Positions 50,471 through 63,589 of a stretch of 64,000 nucleotides of DNA are shown here, piece after piece. This DNA comes from Octopus sinensis (taxonomy: Eukaryota): assembly GCF_006345805.1 (NCBI RefSeq), contig NC_042999.1, positions 74,338,001 through 74,402,000 on the forward strand. Direction: 5' to 3'. The notes under the pieces were generated by a model. It saw only the letters and a list, made by a program, of their open reading frames with translations, did no database searches and was not told the DNA's origin. The position numbers and the translations under genes were made by a program. How positions within the stretch are numbered: the first letter of the stretch is position 1; each line of letters begins with the position of its first letter.

Positions 50471-51536
50471 GCTGCCTTAAACTCTAATACCTTTAACACA
50501 ATCTTCCAGCAGATTCTGTATAGTAATGTCTGATAAGATTGCATCCTAGGATTAGTACAATGATCCATTAGAGAGCCTACCACATATGTTTCCATCTACC
50601 AGTTTCATTCAGAATGGTTGAATCAATCCAAAGATTTGAAGCAGAAACTTTCTCTACATGCCAAGAAAGTAGAATAGAATCTAAAATCTTTTGTTAGAGA
50701 AGTGAACTACTTAGTCATTCAGCTATGCACTCTCATACTTAAGCATATATCAATTTTGTCCAAACCAAGAGTCCATAGTTTCAATTTTATCATCAGATCA
50801 TTGAATTTTCAAATATTCTACTAAAAGAGTTTTTAGGAATATATTTATTCTAATACTAAGTAATCCTAGTTAATCTTTTATATCATCTACCAAACTTCTA
50901 AAAATATTTTAAATGGTTGAAAATTACAGAAGATAGAAAGCTTATATAGTATAATGCATGAGTTATTTTTTAATAATATGAATGCATAATTTTAAACAAA
51001 GAATAATGATAAGTAACATGATGTTGAAGAATAAAAAAATCCATTCAATATTTTGTCTTTGATAAATTCTAAACGTGAAATAAAATCTTTAAAATGAAAT
51101 TTCAGTTGTACACAATATCAAAAACTATCATGCAAAGTACCATAAATATAAAGTATAATAAGGGCAGGGAATGACATTCATATTAACCAATAGATTCTTG
51201 AGACCTTTTGAAGTTCTTTACAATTTACAAGTTTTATATTTAATATGGTTGATTCTTTTTTAATATGCAAATATATATTTTTATTTACAGTCATATCAAA
51301 AGCTGTAATGAGGGTTAAGGTCTTCAAGGAAAATGTAATACTATCAATTTAATATTTTTATTTCTTGATTTGAACTTATTAAGCTCAAAATATTGAATAA
51401 ATTTACCATTGTTATTGCACATTCTTACACTTTTCATTCAAGTAAACTATTTGATGATTTAAATAAACTATATGATTTTACATTTTGTCTTGTCCTTTGT
51501 ATATTTACAAATGTTATTGATCATGTGTTTCAACAG

Positions 51537-51689
51537 TGGGTCTTACATACCATTTTTGCAAATTCAAAGAAGTACATCTGTGTAATTTCCATGTTGAATG
51601 TCCAAAGAATACCAGATATAACTGGAGCCAAGGATCTTCTTCAGATTACCGTGTTATTCCACGTCAACATGGCAACCGATATGGCAGAT
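51537..51689 (+). CDS. MAM-domain protein exon (N-terminal part of MAM repeat 3)
   Basis: caacag|TG GGT; HFCKFKEVHLCNF...YNWSQGSS...; |gtaagt donor; 153 nt, phase 1-1. Confidence 0.8.
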
Positions 51690-51911
51690 GTAAGTCAGAT
51701 ATTATAATGCATTATCATATATTCTGTAAACCATTATAAAATAGTTATTATTAAGGTTAAGATACCTCCAGTAAAATTTCCTCTTTAAAAAATCCATTAT
51801 ATTTTGACATTTTACTAAATTTGAGATATTTATAGTGCTTCTCCTACTCCTCCAACTGCTGCTGCAACTACTACTACTACTACTTACAGTTGCTACTACA
51901 ACAGCAGAAAC

Positions 51912-51948
<37 letters not shown>

Positions 51949-51959
51949 AATGCATTCAG

Positions 51960-52200
51960 GACACATGGCCTAGTGGTTAGGGTGTTGCATTCATGATCAT
52001 GAGATCATAGTTTCAGTTCCTAGACTGGATGGTGCATTGTATTCTTGAGCAAAACACTTCATCTCACGTTGCTCTGTGAACACTTCGACACCAGACATGT
52101 GGTACATAGTGAACCTTTTCAGCAAATGTCGATTGAATGGAGGGAGTGAGCTTATGTACAGCACAAGCATTTGATTACTATAAACAAATCATTTGTGCAG
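51960..52200 (+). mobile_element. tRNA-derived SINE (third family)
   Basis: A box TGGCCTAGTGG, degenerate B box, TTGAGCAAAACACTT core motif. Confidence 0.65.
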
Positions 52201-52412
52201 AACATTCAGCAAAAACTGAACACATATACATCATCTTCCACAGGAGAGTCCATCATACGTTAACATTCACAATCAAAATAAGAGAAGGAAATAATGCTGT
52301 CATTTGTTCTTATAGTGTTCCTTATCAACTACTTTTTTGGCAATAAAAGAAACTAGTAATGAACATGTCATTGTTTTGTCCTTTAATTCCCATTTTCTTG
52401 CTTTTCTTTCAG

Positions 52413-52675
52413 ACTATTACATGTATGCTGATTCTATAAATGGCAAACCTGGAGACGCGACACATCTTTCTTTTCCAAATGTTAAACCTCCTGCCGGATA
52501 TAGTTTATACTTTGATTATTATCTCCAGCAAGGAGCTGGCAAACTTCAGGTATGGTTAAACAGTTTTTCTCTTCAAACGATAAGCATATTCACAGAGAAA
52601 TATATTTATGAAAACAAATGGATGATTGATGATGTACAACAATCAGTTATAAAATCAACAGTACTTGTACAATGA
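52413..52675 (+). CDS. MAM-domain protein exon (repeat 3, second half; appears truncated and ends in a stop)
   Basis: ttttctttcag|AC TAT; YYMYADS..G..GD...LSFP...LYFDYY...GKLQV...KW then IDDV...* . The 3' end is uncertain; an alternative donor lies at 52550. Confidence 0.7.
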
Positions 52676-53329
52676 CTAGCAATGTCTTATGTCTATGATA
52701 GAAATAATCAACCTTGATGATAGAGAGTTTCAAGAACTTTAGGGCTCTCATTAATGAAACACTGGAGTATTTTTCTCTATGCAATGGATCTTTGGAATGT
52801 ATCATAGTTTCATGCAATATAACTTAGTTTCACTAATTCTTAATTAAAACTACAGTTTAAATTCAATATAAATAATAATGACTTTGCTCTGAATCTAATT
52901 ACCAAATTATTTTCCCAGTGTTTTCTAAGGCACCACAAAGGAACTTAAATCCAGTATTTCAAACTATCAGAACACTTATCAATTTTACAATGCTCCAGCT
53001 ACTGACAGACATAAACTTTATTTTCTTGACTTATCCTTTACAAGAATTAAATGCTTTTGTCACATGTCACAAACATAAATGAGTATTCCAATGAGGATAT
53101 GAACTGTGTACTAGAATATGTTGAACAATCTGTATATAAGAGATATGATATAACACCAAAGAACTTATAAATTTATTAAATCAGTATAGGAATGTATTTC
53201 TAGCCTTTCTCTGAATCAATTTTGGGGACTGGGATGTATTATTTATGTAATATTATTTTTGATTTATTGCCAAATCTACAGAGAACCTTCAAAGTAAACA
53301 TAGCAAAGATTAAGGTGACAGCAAGTAGA

Positions 53330-54010
53330 AAATAAGAAAGGGCCAAATCAAATGACAGTGAATTGGCCATGCTCAGTATACAGAAATGAAGTGGGTAATA
53401 ATTCTATATGGCGTACCTTGTGTAAACTATGGACACACAAACTATATAGTGAGATATCAAGTACGCTCACAGAGAAAGTAGACTTCATAAGTCCACAGAG
53501 ACACAAAAACTGGATTTTCTTAAATACCTTGAAGGCTCTCTAGCAGTAATAGGTAACTTCTGTTAATCTAGGTGACCTAATTAGCTGCAAAGGTTGGTGA
53601 CCTGAAAATGTAATTGAACAAGTTGGAGAAAGTTTAGGGAACAATTACTTCTGCTGGTAAAAAACAAAAGTGGGTGATGAAGGGCAATGGAATCTTTTAC
53701 ATGTTTCAAAATACCAGGCAACTTTACTACTGTTAATGCCATGATGAAATGCATACTGAACACACTGTGATGTAGTTGATGAATAACTAATAAGTAGAGG
53801 TAACATAGGAACAAGAAGTCCCTTTAGTGTTGTTATTTTGAGAAGTTTGTGACCTCTTCAGTGCCAGTGCCATGATAAAATGCATTCAGAACACTCTGTA
53901 AAGTATTCGGTGTTATGAAGAGCATCCAATGGCAGAAAGTATTTGAAAACATCCAAGGACATTGTAGTACCTTCTAAGAAGTCAAGCCATGATGGCCCAT
54001 CCAAACCATT
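53330..54010 (+). mobile_element. Decayed RTE 3' fragment
   Basis: NWPCSVYRNEVGNNSI..CKLWTH, followed by remnants of the RTE 3' UTR. Confidence 0.65.
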
Positions 54011-54099
54011 TCAGCATTGAAATGGATAAAAAAATATGAAAATGATACTGATATATGTGTGTGTGTGTGTGTGTGTAAATACACACGCACACACATATC

Positions 54100-56175
54100 A
54101 ACATCACCATTATCATCATTGCTTAGTGTCCATATTCTATTATACTGCCAAGAGTTGAATGATTTGATAGGATGTGACAGGTCAAAGGACTTGTCCAGCT
54201 CCAGTGTCTGTTTTGGCAGTGTTTCTATGGCTGAATGCTCTTCCTAATGCCAACCACAGTACAGAGTATACTGGGTGCTTTACATGTCAATGGTACTATT
54301 GACGTCAACAAGTAGCTTGCAAGGCAAGACCCTTGATTAATGGAGTGAGATATAGTATTGAGAGAAGTTTTTTATGTCAGGTGTATGAGAAGGATGTTGG
54401 TTATGCCAGGCAAGAGTATAATAGAAGGATAAGGAGAAATACCTTTGTAAAGAAGAGATAAATGGCTATCCCAGCCAGAAAAGGAAAGATGTTGAGGATC
54501 AAGCATCAAGGTACAGAAGGGTAAATATTGGATCACAATTCTGTTGTGGTGGGCAGGTATTCTTGAGGACAGCAAGGCACCATGTATCTTGGTCCTCTGC
54601 CAGCACCTTCATAAGGTTCAGCATTCAGTATTTCATCCCATCTCTTTCTGTGTCTCCCTCTTCCACAACTTTCTTCCACTTTAAGTGATCAGCACTTCTT
54701 TATGCAACCCCTCCTCATTCATCTGTATCACTTGCCCAAACCGGTACAGTCCCCTCTCCTGCACACTGATTATCATTCCTTTTATAATCAACATAAAATC
54801 TGTCCTTCACTTAGAGAGAGAGAAATTTGGCTGTCAACAGAGGTAAAAGCTCTCTGATCTTTCTTCACCCTATTCTTATTCTGCCATTACACTCTGTGCA
54901 ACTTCCACCACTGCTAATTGGGTGACCTAGGTGGCAAACATTATCTATAACTTCCAGAGAGCCACTGAGACATTTAAAGAAATCAGTTTCCCATGTAGCT
55001 GTGGTATCTATGGCTCCTGTACATCTTCTGCATACAAACACTACTTTTTCTGTTAACCTTCCCACTATTCCACTGCACCTGTTGTGTCAATCGTTTGCAC
55101 TGAATGGAAATTCTGCCTACACCCTTCCTTCATATCAAGCTGGACCATTTACCAGAAGGGTGAAGGGTAATGTCCTATTTCTTGCTTACTAAGACCTTGG
55201 TTTTTACTAAGTTTACTTTAAGGTCCTTTGAGTCCAGATTCTGTTTCCACACTGGGAATATCTTTTCTAATCCTGTTACAAATTTTGTTATGAGGGCAAG
55301 ATCATCAGCATATAGTAGTCCTCATGGGCCTCCAGTCTTGAATTCCTCTGTTATGGCCTGGAGGACAATGATGAATAGGAGGGGCTGAGGACTGACCCTT
55401 AGCAGACACCTACCTGTACATTAAATTCATTAGTGTACCTATGGCTAACTCTTACCTTACTAACAGCACCCCTGTACATGTTCTGTACTGCTTTCACAAG
55501 CCATTCATCTATCCCTAGTTTTCTTGGAGACCATCGTATCACAGAGCAAGTTACTCCATTGAAGGCTTTCTGTAGATCAACAAATACGAAGTATAACAGC
55601 CTGTCTTAGCTGAATACTTCTCTTGCAGCTACCTGACTATGAAAATAGCATCCATGGTGTTTCTTCCTGGGACAAAGCCAAACTGCATTTCATCAAGTCT
55701 AATTCTGTTTCTAATTAATTGGGCTATAACTCTCTCTGCAACTTCCATCACTTGGTCCAGCAATTTGATGCTTCTATAATAACTTCTATCTAAGGCATCT
55801 CTATTGCCTTTTTAGCAGCTAACTATAATGCTATTGCACCAGGCATTAAGGATACACCTTCCTGAATAACCTACTTAACTATACAGGTGATGAGGCTGTA
55901 TCCAACAGATACCTTAAGCATTTCATATGTGACTCCTGATTGATCAGGAGCATTCCTTGTCTTCATATCTTTAATTGCCTTATCTATCATGCTGCTGTTA
56001 ACTAGGATAGCTAGTTCCTATGATGGGTTCATATGTGGAAGACTCCCTTTCTCCCATTCATTCTCTACATTTAATAGTCTTTCATAGTAGCTATTCCATG
56101 CTACTTTCTTTTCAACATCACTAAGAGCAAGTGCACCAATATCTGTCTGTATACACTTCTCTCCCACAACATCTT
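54100..56175 (-). mobile_element. Decayed RTE copy (RT to 3' tail)
   Basis: Reverse complement of the RT region (QFGFVPGRNTMDAIF, DLQKAF, FKTGGP*GLLYADDL) and a (GAT)-like tail near 54100-54120. Confidence 0.8.
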
Positions 56176-58194
56176 AATTCTCTCTACAAAGCAAAGATTG
56201 AAGATGAATTATTAATGATTTATTTAGCTTACACATGTTTTGTATAGCCTGGTACAATGCAACCACTACACATTGTAGGTTTCAAAATGTGGCTGCTTCA
56301 TACCACTTTGTCATGTGGGAAGGAGTGTAGCATTTTCACTACAACTTCCCTCCTTTTAGATTTTTTTTTCTTGGGGAAGCAAGTAATTTTATTTTACTTT
56401 ATTCATCCCACCTCCCTTTTTAACATTTTTTTCCAACTTAATATTTTTTATTTTTGATGTCTATTTATAGCAACTCTGTGTTCTTCCTTTTTCTTCCACT
56501 TATACATGTGGGTTCCATCACTTTTAACAGTGTTGGTACCGGAAATGTGTCATACAGCCATTTCATAAGTTCTTCCAATCTGTCTGGTTCATTTTCTATG
56601 AATCTCTTCTTCAATTGGTTTCTGTGTCTTTTTTCAATACCTTTTTTGCTTTTAATTCTGCATATCATTTTTCCTATGTACTTCATAATGTTTCCTCCTT
56701 CCCAATATTGTTTTCCATTTTCATACAACCTCATATACACCTTATTACCATTTTTACAAAAATTTTGGATCGTCTTTGCTGTTCCTTTTTCTTTCCTCAC
56801 CAGGTAACAATTTATCAAAAACTGATTTCACCTTCCTTGTGAACATCAGTTCAGCTGGTGAACTTCCTGCTTGTGTATTGGGGTTCTGTGTCATCCAGTA
56901 AACCTTTAGAAATTGCTGCAGAGTGACTTCATCTGTAGCTTCCTTGTTTGCTTTTCTCAAAGCTCTTTCAAAAATGTCCACAAAACTCTCTGCCTGTCCA
57001 TTTGATCTGGGATGATAAGATGCCATCGTTTTATGATCTACCGTGAACATTTTTCAGAATTTTAAAAATTCACTGGACACAAATTGTGTTCAGTTATCCG
57101 ATACAATCATGTCTGGGATGCCAAATCTTGGAAATAGTTCATACAAAACATTTATTACAATTGAGGCAGTTGATCTTTTGCATTTAACAATTTTGTAAAA
57201 CTGCCGACTTCTAAATAGTAATAACCATTTAACAGACCCGCAAAATTGATATGAAGTCTTGACCATGAACTTTTTACTCTAGCTAAGGCACCCATGTTTT
57301 AGGAGGCAATTTCACTACCAGAACATATTCTCTGCAGCCTTTTACTACGTTTTCAACTTTCTTGTCCATCTTCAGTCAATACACATAAATGTGCATAAGC
57401 ACGTTCATCCTTACGATCCCCAGATATCCAATATGGAATTCTTTCAACATTCTTCTTTGTAGAATTTCAGGTTTCACTACCCATTGGCCATACATCAGTA
57501 TGCCATTGCATGTTGAATATATGTTTACATCTTGTTATTTTTTCTTACTGAACCTTTTTTTGCTTTCTTTTGCTGACCACAGAATTTTTTTGTTTCATTA
57601 ATGAACTCGTCTTTTGATGCATGTCACTTTATCTCCTCCAGAGTTATTGGTAACTCTCGTGCAATGTTTCACATTATTTGTTTAATTTTCCCTTCAGCTT
57701 TTAGGGCTGCTATTAATATGTCCTCGAATGATTCACTATTTCTGGATATTAACCTGGATAAGCTATCAGCATGTCCTAGCTTTTTTTGAAGGTAAATATT
57801 CCATTGTGTAGTCGTAGTTTAGTAGTATGGTGCTTCATCATTGCAACCTGTTTGCTTTATGCACTGGGATTCCTTTCTTGAATTCGTAAATTATTAGCAA
57901 TGGGTGATGGTCTCTTTGTAGTCTAAACCGTCTACCATGTATAAACCTGTGGAACTTTTTTATGCCAAATATAATAATGAATAATAAATAAATAAATAAA
58001 TTTATCAATCCAATTTACATCGAATAATGTTTTATCAATTACATAAAGTAAAGATTACAACAAATTTTTTTTCCAAAAATTGCACAAAAAATCGGATTAA
58101 GCCCTTTGGTAGTTTGGTTGATTTGGGCAAGTTGGTAGGAGGTCAAAAATAAAAAAATAAATAGGTCAATAATCATAAAAGAAGAAACATCCTT

Positions 58195-59002
58195 TGCATG
58201 TGTAGGCTTGAAAGAAATGAAGCCACTATGCTTTGCTGGATGTGCAATGTCAGTGTGAATGTTTGACACGTTGTAAGCATCTTGAGAGAAAAATTAGGCA
58301 TAAGAAGCATAAGTTGAGATGTGCAAGTGAGATGACTGCGCTGGTATGGTTATGTTATGCAGATGGACGAGGACAGTTGTGTAAAGAAGAGCTGATCTCT
58401 AACTGTGGAGGGAACCTGTGGTAGAGGTAGACTCAGGAAGACATGGGACAGGGTGGTGAAGCATGATCTTCGAACTTTGAGCCTCACAGAGGCAACGACT
58501 TGCGACCAAGATCTTTGGCGATACACTGTGTTTGAGAAGACCTATCAAGCCAAGTGAAATCGTAGTCGTGACTGATGCTGGTGTCACGTAATGGGCACCC
58601 ATGCAGGTGGCACGTAAAGAGCACCTTTCAAACGTTAGGCCTCACGGAAGCAAAGTTTCTGAGTTCCTTTTGAGCATTGAGGCTCACGGAGGCAAAAAAT
58701 GGATGCGTTCCTTATGAATGTTGGGCCTCTCGGCATTACATCGTGCTTGAGAAGAAGAGCCATCAAGCAGAGCAAAAGCACAGTCATGGGAGATACCGTT
58801 GTCTCACAAATGGCACCTATACCAGTTGAATGTAAAAGCACCCATTACACTCTCAGAATGGTTGACATTAGGAAGGGAATCCAACCGCAGAAACCAGGCC
58901 AAATCAGAATGGAGTCTGGTACAGCCTTCCAGCTTGCTAGCCCTGGTCAAACCATCCAACCCATGCCAGCATGGACAACAGACATTAAATGATGATGATG
59001 AT
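58195..59002 (+). mobile_element. RTE 3' fragment nested inside the Gypsy element
   Basis: RGRLRKTWDRVVKHDLRTL, 3' UTR and (GAT)n tail. Confidence 0.8.
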
Positions 59003-61090
59003 CGCCAATGCCTCTTTTTCAATTTGGCTATAATTTTTTCCACTGGCAATAGCGTCCTTGGTGCATGAGCTATGGCCTTTTGGTTGTCATTTCACATTTG
59101 TGTAGGAGTACGGCACCTACTCCGTACTCACTAGCATCTGTTGCCAGTATCGTTTCCAACTTCTGATCGAAGTATGTAAGTGACAAATCTGAAGTTAACA
59201 TGCTTTTTAGCTCTTCAAATGCTTTCTGGCATTTTTCTGACCAAAACCATTTCGCATCCTTTTTTAACAGCTCGTTTAGTGAGCCCTTGTGTTGTGTATC
59301 TTCGGGATATATACTTGGTAGTAGTTTATCAAGCCTGAAAATGCTTGTAACAATTTGACGTTCATTGGGGGAGACTTATTCTGTATTGCCGTTGCTCCTG
59401 GTGGGTCAGGCTTTCATCCCCTTTCATCAATTATTTGACCCAAATATTTCATATTTTTCCATCATAAGTTCACACTTTTTGTCTGTTAGTCTAAACCTGT
59501 ATTTATTTATTTTTCCGAATACTTTTTAATATACTCAAAGTGTTGCTCGACTGACTCGCTCTTTGTCAAAATATCATCGAGATAAGCGATAGCGAAGTCG
59601 CAATCATTTAACATTGCGTCCACTTGTTAGAATATAGCAGGTGCCACTTTTACTTCAAAAGGAAGCCGCTTGAATTTATACAATCCACGATGTATGTTGA
59701 TTGTTAAAAGGTGTGCACAATCCTCCTCTATATGTATCTGTAGAAAAGTCTCCTACTGGTCTAGCTTCAAGAAAATTTTTCCTCCATTTAGTTTTGAGAA
59801 CACTTCTGGGCTTGTCAATGAATAGTTGTGTTCGAGTAAACAGTCATTTAATTCAGTTGTAAAGTTCGCATACACTCTTAGTTTAATTTTTAGTTTTCTT
59901 TACATAAACCGTTAGAGCTGCCCAGTCTGAATGGTCGACTTTTTCAATTATAACTAGACTTTCTAGTTTTTCTAGCTCTTTATTGACCTGGTCCAACGCG
60001 GCAAACAGCACGTTCCATGTGATCCTAAAAACAAGTATTGCCTTTTCTTTTACCGCGATCCTCACTTTTGTTTTAGTACAATAGCCTAATCCTTCAAAAA
60101 AATAAATTTAGAAACAATTTTAAATTTTTTTGGCCTCAGTTGTTCGACTTCATTCAAACATTTAACCGTGCCGACTACATTTTCACAGAGAACACTAATG
60201 GATGTATCCCACATTTTATATAATTCCATGCGTTCTGTGCCAAATAGGTTTAAATGATTGTCCTTTTCATTTCACCTCGGAAAGTTACATTGCAAATACA
60301 TTCGCCAATAAAATATAATTTCTTTTCTGTAACACTATATGCTACTTCATTTGATATAAATAATTTCGGCTTATCGATTTTTTGCCATGTTTCTTCATTT
60401 ATGATAGTGATGTCACTAACTGTGTCTAATTGCGTTTTGACACAAGTGGTTTCGATTCTCACCTTCATGAATTTTCTGTTCATTGTACAAACTTTTTTCT
60501 CTGATGACAAACTATTTATTTTTTCTTGCTTGGTCCAATTTTTCGTTATCTCAGTTCTGCAGCGTGGTCCTCCCACACGAAAACACTTCGCCTTTTTGAA
60601 CGAACACTCTTTTCTCAGGTGCCTACCACCACATGCCATAAATTGGTTTATCTCCCGATGTATATCGTGTTTTTTGAGCAACCCGTTATACGTCTTCAAA
60701 CTTTTCACACTCGTTTTATTTATAAACAATCTTTGCAGTGGATTTTTTGTGTCATGCCTTACTTTTAAAATCCTATTGCACTTTTCCAACAATTTCTGAA
60801 GAGTTATATCCTGGTTCATTTCCAGATTAGTGAGAATTTTCATTCTGACTTCTGCATCCTTTTTAGCAGTAAGTCCTTGAGCAAAAATCAGGCACTTGAG
60901 CAAGTCTGGAGTTAGTTTATCTTGTTTAAATCTCTTACATTCTCTGCTCTCTCTACCTGAACATATAGTAAAGTGTTCGTCATCACTTTTTTCGGTGTTT
61001 AAATACTTCTAGTATGTATTGAACAGCAATACTTTTTCACTAAATATCCTACATAAAATGTCGATTGTGTCCGTGAAATTTATGTCAGAA

Positions 61091-61285
61091 ACGTTTTTAA
61101 GCAAAAATACAGTATTTCTCCTGCTTTACCGCCACCAGTTTCCTCAGAATTAGACGTTTTTAAGAAAAAATACAGTATTTCTTATGCTTTACCGCCACCA
61201 GTTTCCTCAGAATTGACGTTTTTAAGAAAAAATACAGTATTTCTCATGCTTTACCGCCACCAGTTTCCTCAGAATTGACGTTTTT
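61091..61285. repeat. Tandem triplication of a 62-63 bp segment of gag
   Basis: Units at 61091, 61154 and 61216, each starting ACGTTTTT, plus a final ACGTTTTT at 61278. Confidence 0.9.
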
Positions 61286-62014
61286 CATTTCGCCTGTCCA
61301 GTCTTAACATTCTTTTATGAATATTTGTTCAAATCTTCGGTAATATGCCTCGAAAGTGATTCCTTCTTCTCAGTTATATTTAAATTCATTTATTGAATTT
61401 TCTACATGGTCTGATGAAAAGGTATTTTTCAGTTTTGTTACCGACTTCATTAGTTATAGCATTTGTTGTTGTTCTTGGTCTTTGAATTGTTGTTGTTGCT
61501 GTTTTTACAACTCAACTAAACCCTCTACATACAATAAAAATGTTTGTTACTCCTCTTGAAGTTTTAATATCTCCATGTGAACATTTTTTCATTGTTGTCC
61601 ATGTAAATTGTTTTACTCATAAAAAAAATTCTTTTTTTCAACGTTGTTTGCGGGAATTGTTTATATCTTCGTCGACACTGTTATAATGTGGATCTTTGTC
61701 CGCTTGTAAACTGTTGTCGGTACAATAATATACTTTTCGCCACTATTATATTGTGGTGATATTTCGCATCTTATTATCTATGACATGTCTGTTGTGCTAT
61801 TGTTGATAGCTCCGCAAGACAATGATTTGAGCGTCTATCTTAACAGTAACTCAAACTCGTATATATCATGTAACCGACACTGGCTCCAACTGAGAACTCA
61901 TACGATAATTCTACTACTACTGACTTCCTACAACGACTGACTGTCTGAATTTTGTAGCGGCTGGTTCATCCCACTTTGTCACGTGGGATGGAGTGTACGA
62001 TTTTTCCTACAACA

Positions 62015-62400
62015 TAATCTATGTGATTACAACCAGGAGAATAAGGAGGCCAGAAATGGGGGCTAGTAAAGTTATAGAAATTCTCAGGCAACCACTTCTG
62101 ACTCTTTCCAGAAGTATGGCAAGGAGCCAAATCTTGCTTCCAGACATATGGTCTTCTTGCAGCAACTGCCTCCAGCTAGAGTCTGACCACAGTTTCCAAC
62201 AGCTTCAAACAGCTGTTCACTCTACAGCTGTCGAAATTGAGCATAAAGCACTATTCAAAGATGTGGAGTGGAATGACATCACCCACACTAGAGACACACC
62301 CAAAAACCATCACAGTTTGGGAGAAATTGGTTTCCATGATCTTCATCTCACATCATGCAGCCTTTACAGTGTTTACAAAGTATTGATCAGCAGGCATAAT
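62015..62400 (-). pseudogene. maT (DD37D) transposase catalytic fragment
   Basis: TVMVFGCVSSVG.V.P.H.F...RRPYVWKQDLAPCHTSGKSQKWLPENFYNFTSPHFWPPYSPGCNHIDY; exactly 37 residues lie between the second and third Asp. Confidence 0.85.
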
Positions 62401-62589
62401 GTTGACATTTTAATATCTGGTGCAAATAATTATGATACTGGTAACCTTTTTCCAATAGTTAGATGGCTTCCTGTCCTCATGCCATCTAACTATTTCTCAA
62501 CTACCTCTTTAATCGTCATGCTCTCCAATACTATTGATTGTTCACCAAAACATCAAGCTGTTATTGAAAAAAGGTGACATAAAAAATCA

Positions 62590-63477
62590 TCAAAGTTAGC
62601 CTGAATGTTGCATATGAGGATGGGCAAAAAAATTCATAAGCTGACTATGAAGGATTAATGAAAGAGCTATGAAATATTGCATGCATTGTGTAAGAAAGAC
62701 GACTGCACTGGTATGGTCATGTGATGCATATGGATGAGGATAGTTGTTTGAAGAAGTGTCACACCCTAACAGAGAAGGGAATTTTTTGGAAGAGGTAGAC
62801 CCAGGAAGACATGGGATGAGGTAGTGAAGCATGACCTTCGAACGTTGGACTTCACAGAGGCAATGACAAGTGACCGAAACTTTTGGAGATATGCCATGCT
62901 TGAAAAGACATGGCAAGCTAAGTAAGATTGTAGTCGTGGCCGATGCCAGTGTTGCATAACTGGGCCATTTAAAACCACCCTTTTATCATTGGTCGATATG
63001 CCGTGCTTGTGAACACCTGTTGAACCGAGTGAAATTGTAGTCGTGGCCAATGCCAGTGCTGCCTGTAAAAAACACCATTAGAGCATGGCTGATGCCAGTT
63101 CCACCTGACGCTCTCGTGCCAGTGACACATAAAAAGCACCATTCGAGCATGGATGATGCCAGTGACACATAAAAAGCACCATTCGAGCATGGATGATGCC
63201 AGTGCCACCTGAATGACATCCGTGCCGGTGGAACATAAAAAGCACCATTCGAGCGTGGATGATGCCAAAGCTATCTAACTGGCTCCGGTGTCGATGGCAC
63301 GTGAAAAGCACTCACTACACTCTCGGAGTGGTTAATGTTAGGAAAGACATCCAGCAGTAGAAACCATGCCAAATCATATTGGAACCTAGTGCAGCTCCCT
63401 GGCTTGCTAGTTCTTAGTTAAACCATCCAACTCATGCCTGTATGGAGAGCAAATATTAAACGACAACGATGATGATG
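62590..63477 (+). mobile_element. RTE 3' fragment with an expanded 3' UTR repeat array
   Basis: WYGHV..MDEDSCLKKC..RGRPRKTWDEVVKHDL; CACATAAAAAGCACCATTCGAGCATGGATGATGCCA-type units repeated at about 63060-63270. Confidence 0.85.
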
Positions 63478-63589
63478 TAATGTTTCTTTCCAACCAAACT
63501 GACACGTGACTTCTCAAAGACTTTAAAAGTAAGTAGTTATGACTTCTCTTGCAAATGAACATAATTCAACATTGTGGGGTTAACAAGTA

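Larger units (their letters stand above)
56288..62014 (-). mobile_element. Decayed Ty3/Gypsy element: 5' LTR 61679-62014, PBS-like 61665-61678, gag-pol, PPT about 56347-56358, 3' LTR remnant 56288-56346
   Basis: TGTT...AACA LTR ends. CCACTTTGTCA(C/T)GTGGGA.GGAGTGTA is shared by both LTRs. Gag (GITFEAYYRRFE), protease (LDTVSD), RT (AYLDDIL) and integrase (YHPRSNGQAE) are present. Confidence 0.85.

Noticed and set aside
22088-52675. Assigning the symbol MALRD1 or MAMDC
   Set aside because: No LDLa or other diagnostic domains were seen, and orthology cannot be established without a search.
61091-63270. Regular short repeats as a CRISPR array
   Set aside because: No unique spacers or cas genes; eukaryotic TE-internal tandem repeats.
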